Notes: generated from the letters alone by a model not told the origin. 64,000 nt of DNA from an uncultured Candidatus Rokubacteria bacterium (GCA_963826115.1 CAWGVS010000006.1:320001-384000); one strand, 5' to 3'; positions 21,478 to 32,262 are shown, numbered from the stretch's first letter. Program-made: numbers and translations.

Positions 21478-22623
21478 ATGAGATTCGAGCTGACCGACGA
21501 GCAGCGGATGGTCCAGGGCCTCGCTCGGGAGTTCGCCGAGCAGGAGGTCAAGCCCATCGCGGCCGAGTGCGATCACGAGGCCCGCTTTCCCCACGCCACG
21601 GTGAAGCGGATGGCCGAGCTCGGCCTGCTGGGGATCATGGTCCCGGAAAAGCTCGGCGGGGGCGGGGCCGACACGCTGTCCTACATCCTGGCCCTCGAGG
21701 AGATCGCCGTCGCCTGCGCCTCCCACGCCGTGGTCATGTCGGTGAACAATTCCCTCGTGTGCGCGCCGCTCCTGAAGGCGGGCACCCCCGAGCAGCACGA
21801 GCGCTTCCTGGTGCCGTTGGCGTCGGGGCGGGCGCTCGGCTGCTTCGCCCTGACTGAGCCCCAGGCGGGCTCCGACGCCCGGAACCTGACGACGCTCGCG
21901 CGCCGCGACGGGGACGACTACGTGCTGGACGGCCGGAAGGTGTTCGTCACGAACGGCCGGGAGTCGACGGTGGCCCTGGTCTTCGCGCAGACGGACCCTG
22001 CCCAGGCGCACCGCGGGATCACCGGGTTCCTCGTCGAGAAGGGCTCGCCGGGCTTCCTCGTCCCGAAGGTCGAGGACAAGCTCGGCCTGCGCGCGTCGGA
22101 CACCGCGGAGCTCGTGTTCGAGGGATGCCGGGTGCCCGCGGCCAACCGCCTGGGCCCCGACGGCGGCGGGTTCAAGATCGCCATGGCGGCGCTCGACGGC
22201 GGGCGGGTCGGCATCGCGGCTCAGGCTGTCGGGATCGCCCGCGCCGCGCTCGAGGCCGCGGTGAGCTACGCCAAGGAACGGCGGTCGTTCGGGGTGCCGA
22301 TCGGCCAGCACCAGATGATCCAGTGGATGCTGGCCGACATGGCAACGGGCGTGGACGCCGCGCGCCTCCTCACGTGGCGGGCGGCCGTCCTCAAGGACCG
22401 GGGCCAGCCGTACGGGACCGCCGCGTCCATGGCGAAGCTCTTCGCGTCGGAGACGGCGATGCGCGTGACGACCGATGCGATCCAGGTCCACGGCGGCTAC
22501 GGCTTCATGAAGGACTACCCGGTCGAGCGCTTCTTCCGGGACGCGAAGGTCACGCAGATCTACGAGGGCACGTCGCAGATCCAGCGGTTGGTCGTCGCGC
22601 GGGCGCTCCTGGAGGACGCGTGA
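21478..22623 (+). CDS. Acyl-CoA dehydrogenase (short/branched-chain, butyryl-CoA DH-like)
   Basis: Start MRFELTDEQ at ATG 21478; [35 protein letters not shown]. Confidence 0.93.
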   Translation: MRFELTDEQRMVQGLAREFAEQEVKPIAAECDHEARFPHATVKRMAELGLLGIMVPEKLGGGGADTLSYILALEEIAVACASHAVVMSVNNSLVCAPLLKAGTPEQHERFLVPLASGRALGCFALTEPQAGSDARNLTTLARRDGDDYVLDGRKVFVTNGRESTVALVFAQTDPAQAHRGITGFLVEKGSPGFLVPKVEDKLGLRASDTAELVFEGCRVPAANRLGPDGGGFKIAMAALDGGRVGIAAQAVGIARAALEAAVSYAKERRSFGVPIGQHQMIQWMLADMATGVDAARLLTWRAAVLKDRGQPYGTAASMAKLFASETAMRVTTDAIQVHGGYGFMKDYPVERFFRDAKVTQIYEGTSQIQRLVVARALLEDA

Positions 22624-24236
22624 GCGAGGAGCGGAATCCGGGCGCGGAGCGCAAGCCGGCCTTCGAGACGATGTCCGGCTTGCCCGTCGAGCGGGTCTAC
22701 ACGCCCGCGGCCCTGCCCGGCGGGCGCGACGCGGAGCGGGTCGGCCGCCCCGGCGAGTACCCGTTCACTCGCGGCGTCTATCCGACCATGTACCGGGGGC
22801 GCCTGTGGACGATGCGGATGTTCGCGGGGTTCGGGCGGCCTGCGGACACCAACCGCCGCTTCAAGTTCCTGCTCGAGCAGGGGCAGACGGGCCTCTCGAC
22901 CGCCTTCGACATGCCGTCCCTGATGGGCTACGACGCGGACCACCCGAAGGCGCGCGGCGAGGTCGGCCGCGAGGGCGTCTCGGTCTCGACGCTCGTCGAC
23001 ATGGAGCGGCTCTTCGAGGGCATCCCGCTCGGGCAGGTCTCCACGTCGATGACCATCAACTGCACGGCCTCCGTCATCCTGGCGATGTACCTCGCGGTGG
23101 CGGAGCGGCAGGGCGTGCCCTGGACCGCGGTGGACGGCACGATCCAGAACGACATGCTGAAGGAGTTCAGCGCCCAGAAGGAGTGGATCTGCCCGCCGGC
23201 GCCGGCCGTCCGGATCGTCGTCGACATGATCGAGTTCTGCATGCACTCGGTCCCGAAGTTCCACCCGGTGTCGATCTCGGGCTACCACATCCGCGAGGCG
23301 GGCGCGAACGCCATCCAGGAGCTGGCCTTCACCCTGGCGGACGGCATCGCCTACGTCGAGGCCTGCGTGAAGCGCGGGCTGCCGGTGGACCGCTTCGCGC
23401 CGCAGCTCTCGTTCTTCTTCGACATCCACTCCGACTTCTTCGAGGAGATCGCGAAGCTCCGGGCGGCCCGGCGCATGTGGGCGACGATCATGAAGGAGCG
23501 CTTCGGGGCCAGCGACCCGCGCGCCATGCGGCTCCGGACGCACACGCAGACGGCGGGCGTGTCGCTGACCGCGCAGCAGCCGCTCAACAACGTCGCGCGC
23601 GTCGCGATCCAGGCGCTCGCGGCGGTGCTCGGCGGGGCGCAGTCGCTCCACACGAACTCCTACGACGAGACGTGGGCGCTCCCGACGGAGGAGGCGGTGA
23701 CGCTGGCGCTCCGGACCCAGCAGGTCATCGCCGAGGAGACGGGGGTCACGAGCACCGTCGATCCCCTGGGCGGGGCGTACTTCGTCGAGGCACTCACCGA
23801 CCGGATGGAGGCGGAGGCGGGGCGCCTCATCCGGAAGATCGACGAGCTGGGCGGAATGGTCCGGGCCCTCGACGCGGGGTTTCCCCAGCAGGAGATCGCG
23901 GACTCCGGCTACCGGACGCAGCTCCAGGAGGACGCGGGCGAGCGGGTCGTCGTCGGGGTCAACCGCTACGTCCAGCCGGACGAGGCGCCGATCCCGTACC
24001 TCCGGCTCGACGAGGCGCTCGAGCGGGAGCAGGTGGAGTGCGTGCGGGCGGTGAAGGCCGCCCGCGGGCCGGCGGAGGTCGCCCACCAGCTGCGGCGGGT
24101 CGCGGACGCGTGCCGCGGGGGGCAGAACCTCATGCCGGTCCTCGTGGACGCGGTCAAGGCCCACGCCTCCCTCGGGGAGATCGCCGACGTCTACCGCGAG
24201 ACGCTCGGACGCTACCGGGAACCGATCATCTTCTGA
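22620..24236 (+). CDS. icmA: B12-dependent acyl-CoA mutase large subunit, isobutyryl-CoA mutase type
   Basis: [19 protein letters not shown] (Phe at the MCM Tyr89 site), KEFSAQKEW (Gln at the MCM Arg207 site), [16 protein letters not shown]; GTGA overlap with the upstream gene. Confidence 0.85.
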   Translation: MSEERNPGAERKPAFETMSGLPVERVYTPAALPGGRDAERVGRPGEYPFTRGVYPTMYRGRLWTMRMFAGFGRPADTNRRFKFLLEQGQTGLSTAFDMPSLMGYDADHPKARGEVGREGVSVSTLVDMERLFEGIPLGQVSTSMTINCTASVILAMYLAVAERQGVPWTAVDGTIQNDMLKEFSAQKEWICPPAPAVRIVVDMIEFCMHSVPKFHPVSISGYHIREAGANAIQELAFTLADGIAYVEACVKRGLPVDRFAPQLSFFFDIHSDFFEEIAKLRAARRMWATIMKERFGASDPRAMRLRTHTQTAGVSLTAQQPLNNVARVAIQALAAVLGGAQSLHTNSYDETWALPTEEAVTLALRTQQVIAEETGVTSTVDPLGGAYFVEALTDRMEAEAGRLIRKIDELGGMVRALDAGFPQQEIADSGYRTQLQEDAGERVVVGVNRYVQPDEAPIPYLRLDEALEREQVECVRAVKAARGPAEVAHQLRRVADACRGGQNLMPVLVDAVKAHASLGEIADVYRETLGRYREPIIF

Positions 24237-24273
24237 GCGCGGCCCCGGCCGTCGCCGGGGAAGGAGCGGAGCG

Positions 24274-24861
24274 GTGAGGGGCACAGAGCTGGCAGTGGCG
24301 GTCGGGCTCGCGGTGGTGGTGGTGGCGGCGCCCGTGGCGCGCGGCGACACCATTCACCTGACGAACGGGAACACCATCCAGGTCGACGCCTGGCGCGACG
24401 TGGGCGACGCGGTGGAGTTCACGCGCAGCGGCGGCATCATCCGCATCCTGAAGTCCGACATCCGGCGGATCGAGGGGTCGACGCAGACCCAGGACCTCCG
24501 CATGTACTCCGCCCCGGCGAGCGCCGCCGCCGTCCCGACGGCCAGCAGCGCGGTGGCGGCGGCCCGCGAGATGTCCCAGGTCCTGAAGGAGGGCGAGGCC
24601 TTGTTCACGCAGACGGTCCTGGACGCCCAGTCCAAGGCCTCCGCGTTCCGGCGCCTCGGCGAGAAGTGGCGGGCGCTCGAGGTGCCCGCGGACCTCCAGG
24701 ATCTCCACGGCCGGGCGGGGCGCGCACTCCAGATGTCCGCGGAGGCCTACGAGGCGGACTCCGAGGGCTCGGCGCCGGACACGCGGGAGCGCATCGAGTC
24801 CGCCAAGAAGCTCTTCTCCGAGGTCCAGGCGGAAGTGGACAAGCAGTCCAAGGAGGGCTAG
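24274..24861 (+). CDS. Exported hypothetical protein
   Basis: Signal peptide, then DTIHLTNG small beta domain and a helical C-terminus. Confidence 0.7.
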   Translation: MRGTELAVAVGLAVVVVAAPVARGDTIHLTNGNTIQVDAWRDVGDAVEFTRSGGIIRILKSDIRRIEGSTQTQDLRMYSAPASAAAVPTASSAVAAAREMSQVLKEGEALFTQTVLDAQSKASAFRRLGEKWRALEVPADLQDLHGRAGRALQMSAEAYEADSEGSAPDTRERIESAKKLFSEVQAEVDKQSKEG

Positions 24862-24867
24862 GGCGCC

Positions 24868-25278
24868 GTGGACTGCGTGTTCTGCCGGATCCGGGACGGC
24901 CAGATCCCCTCGACGCGCATCTACGAGGACGAGCGTACGCTGGCCTTCATGGACATCAACCCCCTGAACGAGGGGCACACCCTGGTGATCCCGCGGGCGC
25001 ACGCCGCCACCCTCTTCGAGGCCGACGAGGCGGACCTCCGGGCCGCCATCGCGACCGCGAAGCGCGTGGCCACGGCCGTCCGGACCGCCCTCCAGGCCGA
25101 CGGCCTCAACATGCTCCAGGCGAACGGCGCGGCGGCGTTCCAGTCGGTGCCGCACTTCCACCTCCACCTGATCCCGCGCTTCACCGGGGACGGGAAGGGC
25201 TTCGACTGGCCGATCGTCCCCGGGGACCGCGGGCGCATCCAGGCGACGGCGGAGAAGATCCGCCGGGCGCTCGCGTGA
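24868..25278 (+). CDS. HIT family nucleotidyl hydrolase (Hint-like)
   Basis: [27 protein letters not shown] histidine triad. Confidence 0.93.
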   Translation: MDCVFCRIRDGQIPSTRIYEDERTLAFMDINPLNEGHTLVIPRAHAATLFEADEADLRAAIATAKRVATAVRTALQADGLNMLQANGAAAFQSVPHFHLHLIPRFTGDGKGFDWPIVPGDRGRIQATAEKIRRALA

Positions 25279-25288
25279 AGGGCGTCCG

Positions 25289-25717
25289 GTGAGCGAGTCG
25301 TCGGGTCCGGCGGGCGAGCGCAAGCTGCGGATCCTGGTCGGGAAGCCGGGCCTGGACGGGCACGACCGGGGGGCGAAGATCGTGGCGCGCGCGCTCCGGG
25401 ACGCGGGGATGGAGGTCGTCTACACGGGCCTCCACCAGAGCCCGGAGGAGATCGTGGCCACCGCGATCCAGGAGGACGTCGACGCCATCGGGCTCTCGGT
25501 CCTGTCCGGCGCGCACAACTACCTCTTCGGCCGGGTCCTCGAGCTCCTGCGTGAGAAGGGCGTCGACGACGTCCTGGTCTTCGGGGGCGGCATCGTGCCG
25601 CCCGAGGACATCGCGCGGCTGAAGGCCGAGGGCGTCCGCGAGATCTTCACCCCCGGCACGTCCACGCGCGACATCGTCGCCTTCGTGACCGCGCACGTGC
25701 GGCCGACCCGCGCCTGA
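25289..25717 (+). CDS. icmB: B12-binding small subunit of acyl-CoA mutase
   Basis: [10 protein letters not shown] (DxHxxG), [13 protein letters not shown]. Confidence 0.85.
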   Translation: MSESSGPAGERKLRILVGKPGLDGHDRGAKIVARALRDAGMEVVYTGLHQSPEEIVATAIQEDVDAIGLSVLSGAHNYLFGRVLELLREKGVDDVLVFGGGIVPPEDIARLKAEGVREIFTPGTSTRDIVAFVTAHVRPTRA

Positions 25718-25718
25718 C

Positions 25719-25931
25719 ATGGTCTGGCGCCTGACCCTCGGGATCGTCTGCCTGCTCTTCGCCGTCGAGGAGTTCGTGCGCGCGGGCTGGGCCGCCGCCG
25801 CGGTGGTCCGGCATCCCGGTGAGCTCGTGGACGCGATGCTCGCGGGCGACGGCAGCGCGGGGCCGTGGCTCCTGGCCGCGTACGGCCTCCTCATGATCGT
25901 GCGCGCCTTCTCGGTCGGGCGCGCCGACTGA
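25719..25931 (+). CDS. Small 2-TM membrane protein
   Basis: Fills the gap exactly, 1 bp after icmB; two hydrophobic segments. Confidence 0.55.
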   Translation: MVWRLTLGIVCLLFAVEEFVRAGWAAAAVVRHPGELVDAMLAGDGSAGPWLLAAYGLLMIVRAFSVGRAD

Positions 25932-25965
25932 GTCCCCGGCCCGGTCGCGGGCGGCGTCCCGAGCG

Positions 25966-27111
25966 ATGGACTTCGAGCTGACGGCCGAGCAGGCGCTGGC
26001 GCGGGGCACCGCCCGGGAGTTCGCGGAGGCCGAGGTCGCGCCGGTCATCGCCCGCTACGACGAGGCCGAGGAGTTCCCGGCGCCGGTCATCGCGAAGCTG
26101 GGCGCGCTGGGGTTCCTGGGCGCCCTGATCCCGCCGGAATACGGTGGCGCCGGGCTCGACTACGTCGCGTACGCGCTGGTCGTCGAGGAGCTGTCCCGCG
26201 TGGACGGCTCGGTCGGCATCACGATGTGGGCCCACAACTCCCTCTGTACGAATCACATCTACAGCTTCGGCACCGAGGCCCAGCGCGCGCGGTACGTGCC
26301 GCCGCTCGCGCGCGGCGAGGTGCTCGGCGCCTGGGCCCTGACCGAGCCGGGCTCGGGCTCGGACGCCGCGGCGATGCGGACCCGCGCCGTCGAGACCGAC
26401 GACGCGTTCGTGCTCGACGGCACGAAGGCGTTCATCACGAACGGCAGCGTGGCGGGGACGGCGGTCGTCATGGCCCGGACCGACCCGGCGGCAGGTGGCC
26501 GCGGCGTGTCGGCCTTCATCGTCGAGCAGGGCACGCCGGGGTTCCGGCCCGGCCAGCGCTACAAGAAGCTCGGTCTCCACGCCTCGGACACCGCGGAGCT
26601 CGTCCTCGAGGGCGCGCGCGTGCCGAAGGCGAATCTCCTCGGGGAGCGCAACCGGGGCTTCCAGGACACGAAGAAGGTGCTGGAGGGCGGCCGGATCGCC
26701 ATGGCGGCGATGGGGGTGGGACTGGCCCAGGGCGCTCTCGATCACGCCGTGCGCTACGCGAAGGAGCGCCAGGCCTTCGGCCAGCCGATCGGCCAGTTCC
26801 AGGGCATCCGGGCGATCCTCGCGGATCTGGCGACCGAGGTCGAGGCGGCGCGCCTCCTGACGCTCCGGGCCGCCTACGGGAAGGACCAGGGCCGGCCCGT
26901 GATGCGCGAGGCGTCGATGGCCAAGGTCTTCGCCTCGGAGGTCGCGGTCAAGTGCGCGACCAAGGCGGTGCAGGTGCACGGCGGGTACGGATACACGCGC
27001 GAGTTCCCGGTGGAGCGCTTCTACCGCGACGCGAAGCTCTGCGAGATCGGCGAGGGGACGTCGGAGGTGCAGCGGATGGTGATCGCACGATCGCTGCTGG
27101 GGGCGGGGTAA
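25966..27111 (+). CDS. Acyl-CoA dehydrogenase
   Basis: [44 protein letters not shown]. Confidence 0.94.
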   Translation: MDFELTAEQALARGTAREFAEAEVAPVIARYDEAEEFPAPVIAKLGALGFLGALIPPEYGGAGLDYVAYALVVEELSRVDGSVGITMWAHNSLCTNHIYSFGTEAQRARYVPPLARGEVLGAWALTEPGSGSDAAAMRTRAVETDDAFVLDGTKAFITNGSVAGTAVVMARTDPAAGGRGVSAFIVEQGTPGFRPGQRYKKLGLHASDTAELVLEGARVPKANLLGERNRGFQDTKKVLEGGRIAMAAMGVGLAQGALDHAVRYAKERQAFGQPIGQFQGIRAILADLATEVEAARLLTLRAAYGKDQGRPVMREASMAKVFASEVAVKCATKAVQVHGGYGYTREFPVERFYRDAKLCEIGEGTSEVQRMVIARSLLGAG

Positions 27112-27130
27112 CTCAGGACCGGGAGGCTCG

Positions 27131-27853
27131 ATGGACCGAACGAAGAGCGTGGTCACGCCCGAGCGCTACGCGTCGGGCATGACCTTCGAGCAGTACCTCC
27201 AGTACGTGGCGAGCCCCGAGAACCTCGGCCGGGAGGGCGGCGCCAACGGCGAGCGGCGCCGGGACTGGAGCGGCTGGATGCGGAGCTGGTACGAGTCCGT
27301 GCGCCTCTCGGAGCCCCAGGCCGAGGCGATCCGCTGGCTCGCGGCGCAGCCGGACGGACCGGCGAAGATCCTGGTCATCGCCGAGGAGTGGTCGTCGGAC
27401 TGCCGGCGGGACATCCCGATGCTGAAGCGGCTCGCCGAGGCCGGCGGCCTCGAGCTGCGGATCTTCCGCCGCGACGGGCAGCGCTTCGGCCGGAGCCAGC
27501 GGCCCACGCTGGCCGAGGCCCCGGACAGCAACGCCGACCTGATGGCCGAGTTCCTCAACGAGAAGCGGGGCGAGCCGTGGCAGTCCATCCCCGTCGTGGT
27601 CTTCTACACCGCGGACCTCCGGTACCTCTACCACTTCATCGAATATCCCCGGATCTACGACAAGGACCGACTCGTCTACGGCCACATCCGCGTGCCCCGG
27701 CCCGGCGAGACGCCGGAGGCGACCGACGCGCGCATCGGGCGGGAGTTCGGGGCGTTGCAGGCCTCGCCGTTCTTCCGCATCTGGGCCTCGGCCGCCATCG
27801 ACGAGATGCTCTCCGCCCTCCACGAGCGGGTGGTCCTCGGCCCGCGCGCCTGA
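27131..27853 (+). CDS. Thioredoxin-fold protein (Thioredoxin_9-like) with SxxC motif
   Basis: LVIAEEWSSDC at the WCxDC position; SIP cis-Pro motif. Confidence 0.75.
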   Translation: MDRTKSVVTPERYASGMTFEQYLQYVASPENLGREGGANGERRRDWSGWMRSWYESVRLSEPQAEAIRWLAAQPDGPAKILVIAEEWSSDCRRDIPMLKRLAEAGGLELRIFRRDGQRFGRSQRPTLAEAPDSNADLMAEFLNEKRGEPWQSIPVVVFYTADLRYLYHFIEYPRIYDKDRLVYGHIRVPRPGETPEATDARIGREFGALQASPFFRIWASAAIDEMLSALHERVVLGPRA

Positions 27854-27930
27854 GCCGCGCGGCGGTCCCGGACGCCCATCGTCGGCCCGCTCCGAGGACG
27901 GCGCCCGCGGCGTGCTAGGGTAGGTCCGCG

Positions 27931-28719
27931 ATGAAGCTCGTCGGCGCGCACGTCCGGTACGAGGCCGTGGACGGCGTCGGGTGGATCACGCTCGCGCGCC
28001 CGCAGGTGCTGAACGCGCTCGACTCCCAGCTCGTCGCGGACCTCGCGGCCGCGGTCGCCGCGGCCGAGGCCGATCCCGACGCGTGGATGATCGTCGTCAC
28101 GGGCGAGGGACGGGCCTTCTCCTCCGGCATGGACCGGAAGGCCCTGTCCGCCGGAGCCGTCGGCGAGTCGTTCTTCCGGGACTGGATCCGCGCGCTGAAC
28201 GGCCTCGAGGACATGGGCAAGCTGGTGGTCGCCGCGATCCGCGGCTACTGCATCGGCGGCGGGCTCCAGCTCGCGCTGGCGTGCGACCTCCGGCTCTGCG
28301 CGGCCGACGCGGTCCTCGGTCTCGGGGCGACCCGCCACGCGCTGATTCCCGACGGGGCCGTCCTCCGCCTGGCCCGGGTCGTCGGGCTCGGCCGCGCCAA
28401 GGAGCTCGCGCTCCTGAACGACCACCTGACGCCCGAGCAAGGCCTCGCGATGGGTCTCGTGAACTGGGTGGTCCCGGCGGAGACGTTCGACGCCGAGCTG
28501 CGCGGCCTGGTCGACCGGTGTCTCGCGGCCGCGCCGACGGCCACGCGCCACACCAAGCGTCTCCTCCTGGCGTCGTTCCACCGCGATCCGCGCGCGCTCG
28601 TCGACGAGGTCGTCGAGGCGCAGATGGAATGCATGCGGTCGTGGGAGATGAGCGAGGCGAACCGGGCGTGGGACGAGCGCCGCGAGGCGCGCTTCTTCCC
28701 GCCGCCCCCCGGGGCCTGA
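27931..28719 (+). CDS. Crotonase-superfamily enoyl-CoA hydratase/isomerase (Asp-type)
   Basis: LNAL, AFSSGMD, GGGLQLALACD, LIPDG. Confidence 0.88.
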   Translation: MKLVGAHVRYEAVDGVGWITLARPQVLNALDSQLVADLAAAVAAAEADPDAWMIVVTGEGRAFSSGMDRKALSAGAVGESFFRDWIRALNGLEDMGKLVVAAIRGYCIGGGLQLALACDLRLCAADAVLGLGATRHALIPDGAVLRLARVVGLGRAKELALLNDHLTPEQGLAMGLVNWVVPAETFDAELRGLVDRCLAAAPTATRHTKRLLLASFHRDPRALVDEVVEAQMECMRSWEMSEANRAWDERREARFFPPPPGA

Positions 28720-28723
28720 GGCC

Positions 28724-30364
28724 GTGGCGCACCCCTTCGACGACGGGCTCGAGCGGAACGCCGCGAACCACGCGGCGCTGACGCCGGTCAGCTTCCTCGC
28801 GCGCGCGGCCGCCGTCTATGCCGGGAAACCCGCGGTCCTCCACGGCGACCGCGCGCTCACGTACGCGGAGGTGTACGCGCGGTCCCGGCGCCTCGCCTCC
28901 GCGCTCGAGCGGCGCGGCGTCGGCCCCGGCGACACGGTGGCGGTCATGGCGCCGAACGTGCCCGCCATGCTCGAGGCCCACTACGGCGTGCCGATGGCCG
29001 GCGCGGTCCTGAACGCGCTCAACTACCGCCTGGACGCGCGGACCATCGCCTTCATCCTCCAGCACGGCGGGGCCAAGCTCCTCATCGCGGACACCGAGTT
29101 CTCCGAGACCGTGGGCCCGGCGCTCGCGCTCCTGCCGCGTCCCATCCCGGTCGTGGACGTCGTCGACCCGCTCGCGGACCCGGGGCGCGGGGGCGCGCGG
29201 CTCGGCGCGACGGAGTACGAGGAGCTCCTCGCCGAGGGCGATCCCGACCACGAGTGGGCTGGTCCGGCCGACGAGTGGGGGGCGCTCGCGCTCCTCTACA
29301 CCTCGGGGACCACCGGGAACCCGAAGGGCGTCGTGTACTCTCACCGGGGCGCGTACCTGAACGCCCTCGGCAACGCGCTGGCGTTCGGACTCTCGCCGCG
29401 CGCCGTGTACCTCTGGACCCTGCCGATGTTCCACTGCAACGGCTGGACCTATCCGTGGGCGGTGACGGCGGTCGGCGGCACCCACGTGTGCCTCCGCAAG
29501 GTCGACCCGGCCCTCATCTTCCGCCTGATCCGTCGTCACGGCGTCACCCACCTCTGCGGCGCGCCGGTGGTGCTGACGACCCTCATCCACGCGCCGGAGG
29601 AGGTGAAGCTCCGACCCGACCACGTGGTGGAGGTGGCGACCGGCGGGGCCGCGCCGCCGTCCGCCGTCATCGAGGCGATGGAATCGATGGGGTTCCGGGT
29701 GACGCACCTCTACGGGCTGACCGAGTCCTACGGCCCCGCGACGCTGTGCGCCTGGCAGCCGGAGTGGGGCGCGCTCCCGCTGCCGGAGCGGGCGGCCCGC
29801 ATGGCCCGCCAGGGCGTGGCGTATCCGACGCTCGGGGGGCTCATGGTCGCGGACCCGACGACGCTCGCGCCGGTGCCCCGGGACGGCGCGACCATGGGCG
29901 AGGTGATGCTCCGGGGCAACACGCTGATGAAGGGGTACCTCCGGAATCCCGCGGCCACCGCGGAGGCGTTCCGGGGCGGCTGGTTTCACACGGGAGACCT
30001 GGCGGTCTGGCATCCCGACGGCTACATCGAGATCAAGGACCGGTCGAAGGACATCATCATCTCCGGCGGGGAGAACGTCTCCTCGCTCGAGGTGGAGGAG
30101 GTCCTGTACCGGCACCCGGACGTGATGGAGGCCGCCGTGGTGGCGAAGCCCGACGCGAAGTGGGGCGAGACGCCCTGCGCCTTCGTGACCCTCAAGCCGG
30201 AGGCGCCGCCCGTCTCGGCCGACGACGTGATCGCGTGGTGCCGCGCGCACCTGGCGCACTTCAAGGCTCCGCGCGTCGTCGTGTTCGGGCCGCTCCCCAA
30301 GACCTCGACCGGAAAGATCCAGAAATACGTCCTGCGCGAGCAGGCGAAGGTGGTGGAATCATGA
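28724..30364 (+). CDS. Acyl-CoA synthetase (AMP-forming, short/medium chain)
   Basis: YTSGTTGNPKG, YGLTE, FHTGD, DRSKD, SGGEN, PKTSTGK. Confidence 0.93.
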   Translation: MAHPFDDGLERNAANHAALTPVSFLARAAAVYAGKPAVLHGDRALTYAEVYARSRRLASALERRGVGPGDTVAVMAPNVPAMLEAHYGVPMAGAVLNALNYRLDARTIAFILQHGGAKLLIADTEFSETVGPALALLPRPIPVVDVVDPLADPGRGGARLGATEYEELLAEGDPDHEWAGPADEWGALALLYTSGTTGNPKGVVYSHRGAYLNALGNALAFGLSPRAVYLWTLPMFHCNGWTYPWAVTAVGGTHVCLRKVDPALIFRLIRRHGVTHLCGAPVVLTTLIHAPEEVKLRPDHVVEVATGGAAPPSAVIEAMESMGFRVTHLYGLTESYGPATLCAWQPEWGALPLPERAARMARQGVAYPTLGGLMVADPTTLAPVPRDGATMGEVMLRGNTLMKGYLRNPAATAEAFRGGWFHTGDLAVWHPDGYIEIKDRSKDIIISGGENVSSLEVEEVLYRHPDVMEAAVVAKPDAKWGETPCAFVTLKPEAPPVSADDVIAWCRAHLAHFKAPRVVVFGPLPKTSTGKIQKYVLREQAKVVES

Positions 30365-30792
30365 ACATCGCGAGCATCCTTGCGCGGAAGGGCGCCCGGG
30401 TCGTCACGTGCGGGCCGGAGCAGTCGATCCGGCAGGCGCTGTCGCTCCTGGCGGAGCACAACATCGGCGCGCTGGTGGTCGTGGACGAGGCCGGCCGTCC
30501 CACCGGCATGCTGTCGGAGCGCGACGTCGTGCGCGAGGCCGCGCGCGACGAGCGACTGTTCGCGCGCCGGGTGGGGGAGATCATGACCCGCGACGTGATC
30601 GTCGGGGTGCCCGAGGACGACCTCCGGGCCGTCCGGCACACCATGACGGAGCGGCGGTTCCGGCACGTGCCCGTGGTCGTGGAGGGACGGCTGGTCGGCA
30701 TCGTGTCGATCGGGGACGTCGTGAAGGCCGAGCTCGACCAGTACCTGGGCGAGGTCGACACGCTCCAGACACAGGTCGGGGCCCGGCCGTGA
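30361..30792 (+). CDS. CBS-domain pair protein
   Basis: MNIASIL start overlapping the upstream stop (ATGA); IGALVV, SERD, RHVPVV, VSIGDVVK. Confidence 0.9.
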   Translation: MNIASILARKGARVVTCGPEQSIRQALSLLAEHNIGALVVVDEAGRPTGMLSERDVVREAARDERLFARRVGEIMTRDVIVGVPEDDLRAVRHTMTERRFRHVPVVVEGRLVGIVSIGDVVKAELDQYLGEVDTLQTQVGARP

Positions 30793-30847
30793 CGGCCCGG
30801 CGGACCGGACTGCGCGGCGCGCGCATGGACGTCAGGGCCTGACCCCG

Positions 30848-32248
30848 ATGGCGCGTCCGGGCCGGGAGGGGGGGCCGCTCCGCGTCGCGGTGATCGGCGC
30901 GGGGCCGGCCGGCTTCTACACCGCGGAGCAGTTGTTCCGCCAGGCAGGCCTCGCGGTCGAGGTGGATCTCTACGACCGCCTCCCGACGCCGTACGGCCTC
31001 GTCCGATTCGGCGTGGCGCCGGACCACCAGAAGATCAAGAACGTCACGGCGACCTTCGACAAGACCGCGGCCCATCCCGGGTTCCGGTTCTTCGGCCACG
31101 TCGAGCTGGGGAAGGACGTGACACTCGAGGACCTCCGGGCGCACTACCACCAGATCGTGTACACCACAGGGGCCCAGACCGATCGCCGGATGGGCATCCC
31201 CGGCGAGGACCTCCGGGGCAGCCACCCGGCGACCGACTTCGTGGCCTGGTACAACGGGCATCCCGACTACCGGGAGCAGCGGTTCGATCTCTCGCAGGAG
31301 CGGGTCGCGGTGGTCGGCGTCGGCAACGTCGCCGTCGACGTCGTGCGCATCCTCTGCCGGACGCCGGAGGAGCTGGCGACAACCGACATCAGCGACGACG
31401 CGCTGGCCGCGCTCCGCGAGAGCCGCGTGCGCGAGGTCTACCTGCTCGGCCGGCGCGGCCCGGCACAGGCGGCCTTCACCAATCCGGAGATCCGAGAGCT
31501 CGGCGAGTTGCCGGGCGCCGACGTGACCGACCGTGCCGAGGAGGTCGAGCTCGACCCTCTGTCGCGGGCGGAGCTCGAGAAGACCGGCGACCGCGGCACG
31601 CTCAAGAAGGTCGAGATCCTGCGCGAGTACGCCCGCCGGGCGTTGTCCGGCAAGCCGCGCACGCTGACCGTCCGCTTCCTGGTCTCCCCGGTGGCGCTAC
31701 ACGGCGACGAGAGCGGGGCGGTCACGGGCATTCGCCTCGTGCACAACGAGCTCCACGCCACGGCGGCCGGCACGCTGCAGGCTCGCCCGACCGATCAGTT
31801 CGAGGATCTGCCCGCGGGCCTCGTGTTCCGGTCGGTCGGCTACCGGGGCGTGCCGATTCCCGGCGTGCCCTTCCACGATTCGTGGGGCGTGATCCTGAAC
31901 GACAAGGGCCGCGTCCTCGAGCCGGAGAGCCGCGAGCCGCGCGCCGGCGAGTACGCGGCCGGCTGGATCAAGCGTGGGCCGAGCGGGGTCATCGGGACCA
32001 ACAAGCCCGACGCGGCGGAGACCGTCGCGTGCATGGTGGAGGACGTCGACCGGGGCCGCGTGCTCGAGCCCGCCGAGCCGGACGCGGGCGCCGTCCTGGC
32101 CCTCTTCCAGCAGCGGCAGACACAGTGGATCTCGTGGGCGGACTGGCAGCGCCTCGACGCCCTCGAGGTCGCGCACGGGCGCGCGACCGGCCGACCGCGC
32201 GTGAAGTTCACGCGCGTCGAGGAGATGCTCGCCGCGCTGGGCCGGTAG
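30848..32248 (+). CDS. Ferredoxin-NADP+ reductase, adrenodoxin-reductase/FprA type
   Basis: GAGPAGFY, PYGLVRFGVAPDH, GVGNVAVD, GRRGP, GWIKRGPSGVIG. Confidence 0.92.
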   Translation: MARPGREGGPLRVAVIGAGPAGFYTAEQLFRQAGLAVEVDLYDRLPTPYGLVRFGVAPDHQKIKNVTATFDKTAAHPGFRFFGHVELGKDVTLEDLRAHYHQIVYTTGAQTDRRMGIPGEDLRGSHPATDFVAWYNGHPDYREQRFDLSQERVAVVGVGNVAVDVVRILCRTPEELATTDISDDALAALRESRVREVYLLGRRGPAQAAFTNPEIRELGELPGADVTDRAEEVELDPLSRAELEKTGDRGTLKKVEILREYARRALSGKPRTLTVRFLVSPVALHGDESGAVTGIRLVHNELHATAAGTLQARPTDQFEDLPAGLVFRSVGYRGVPIPGVPFHDSWGVILNDKGRVLEPESREPRAGEYAAGWIKRGPSGVIGTNKPDAAETVACMVEDVDRGRVLEPAEPDAGAVLALFQQRQTQWISWADWQRLDALEVAHGRATGRPRVKFTRVEEMLAALGR

Positions 32249-32262
32249 CGCCGCCCGCCGCG

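Noticed and set aside
27385-27405. Possible selenocysteine in the thioredoxin motif
   Set aside because: The codon is TCG (Ser); there is no in-frame TGA
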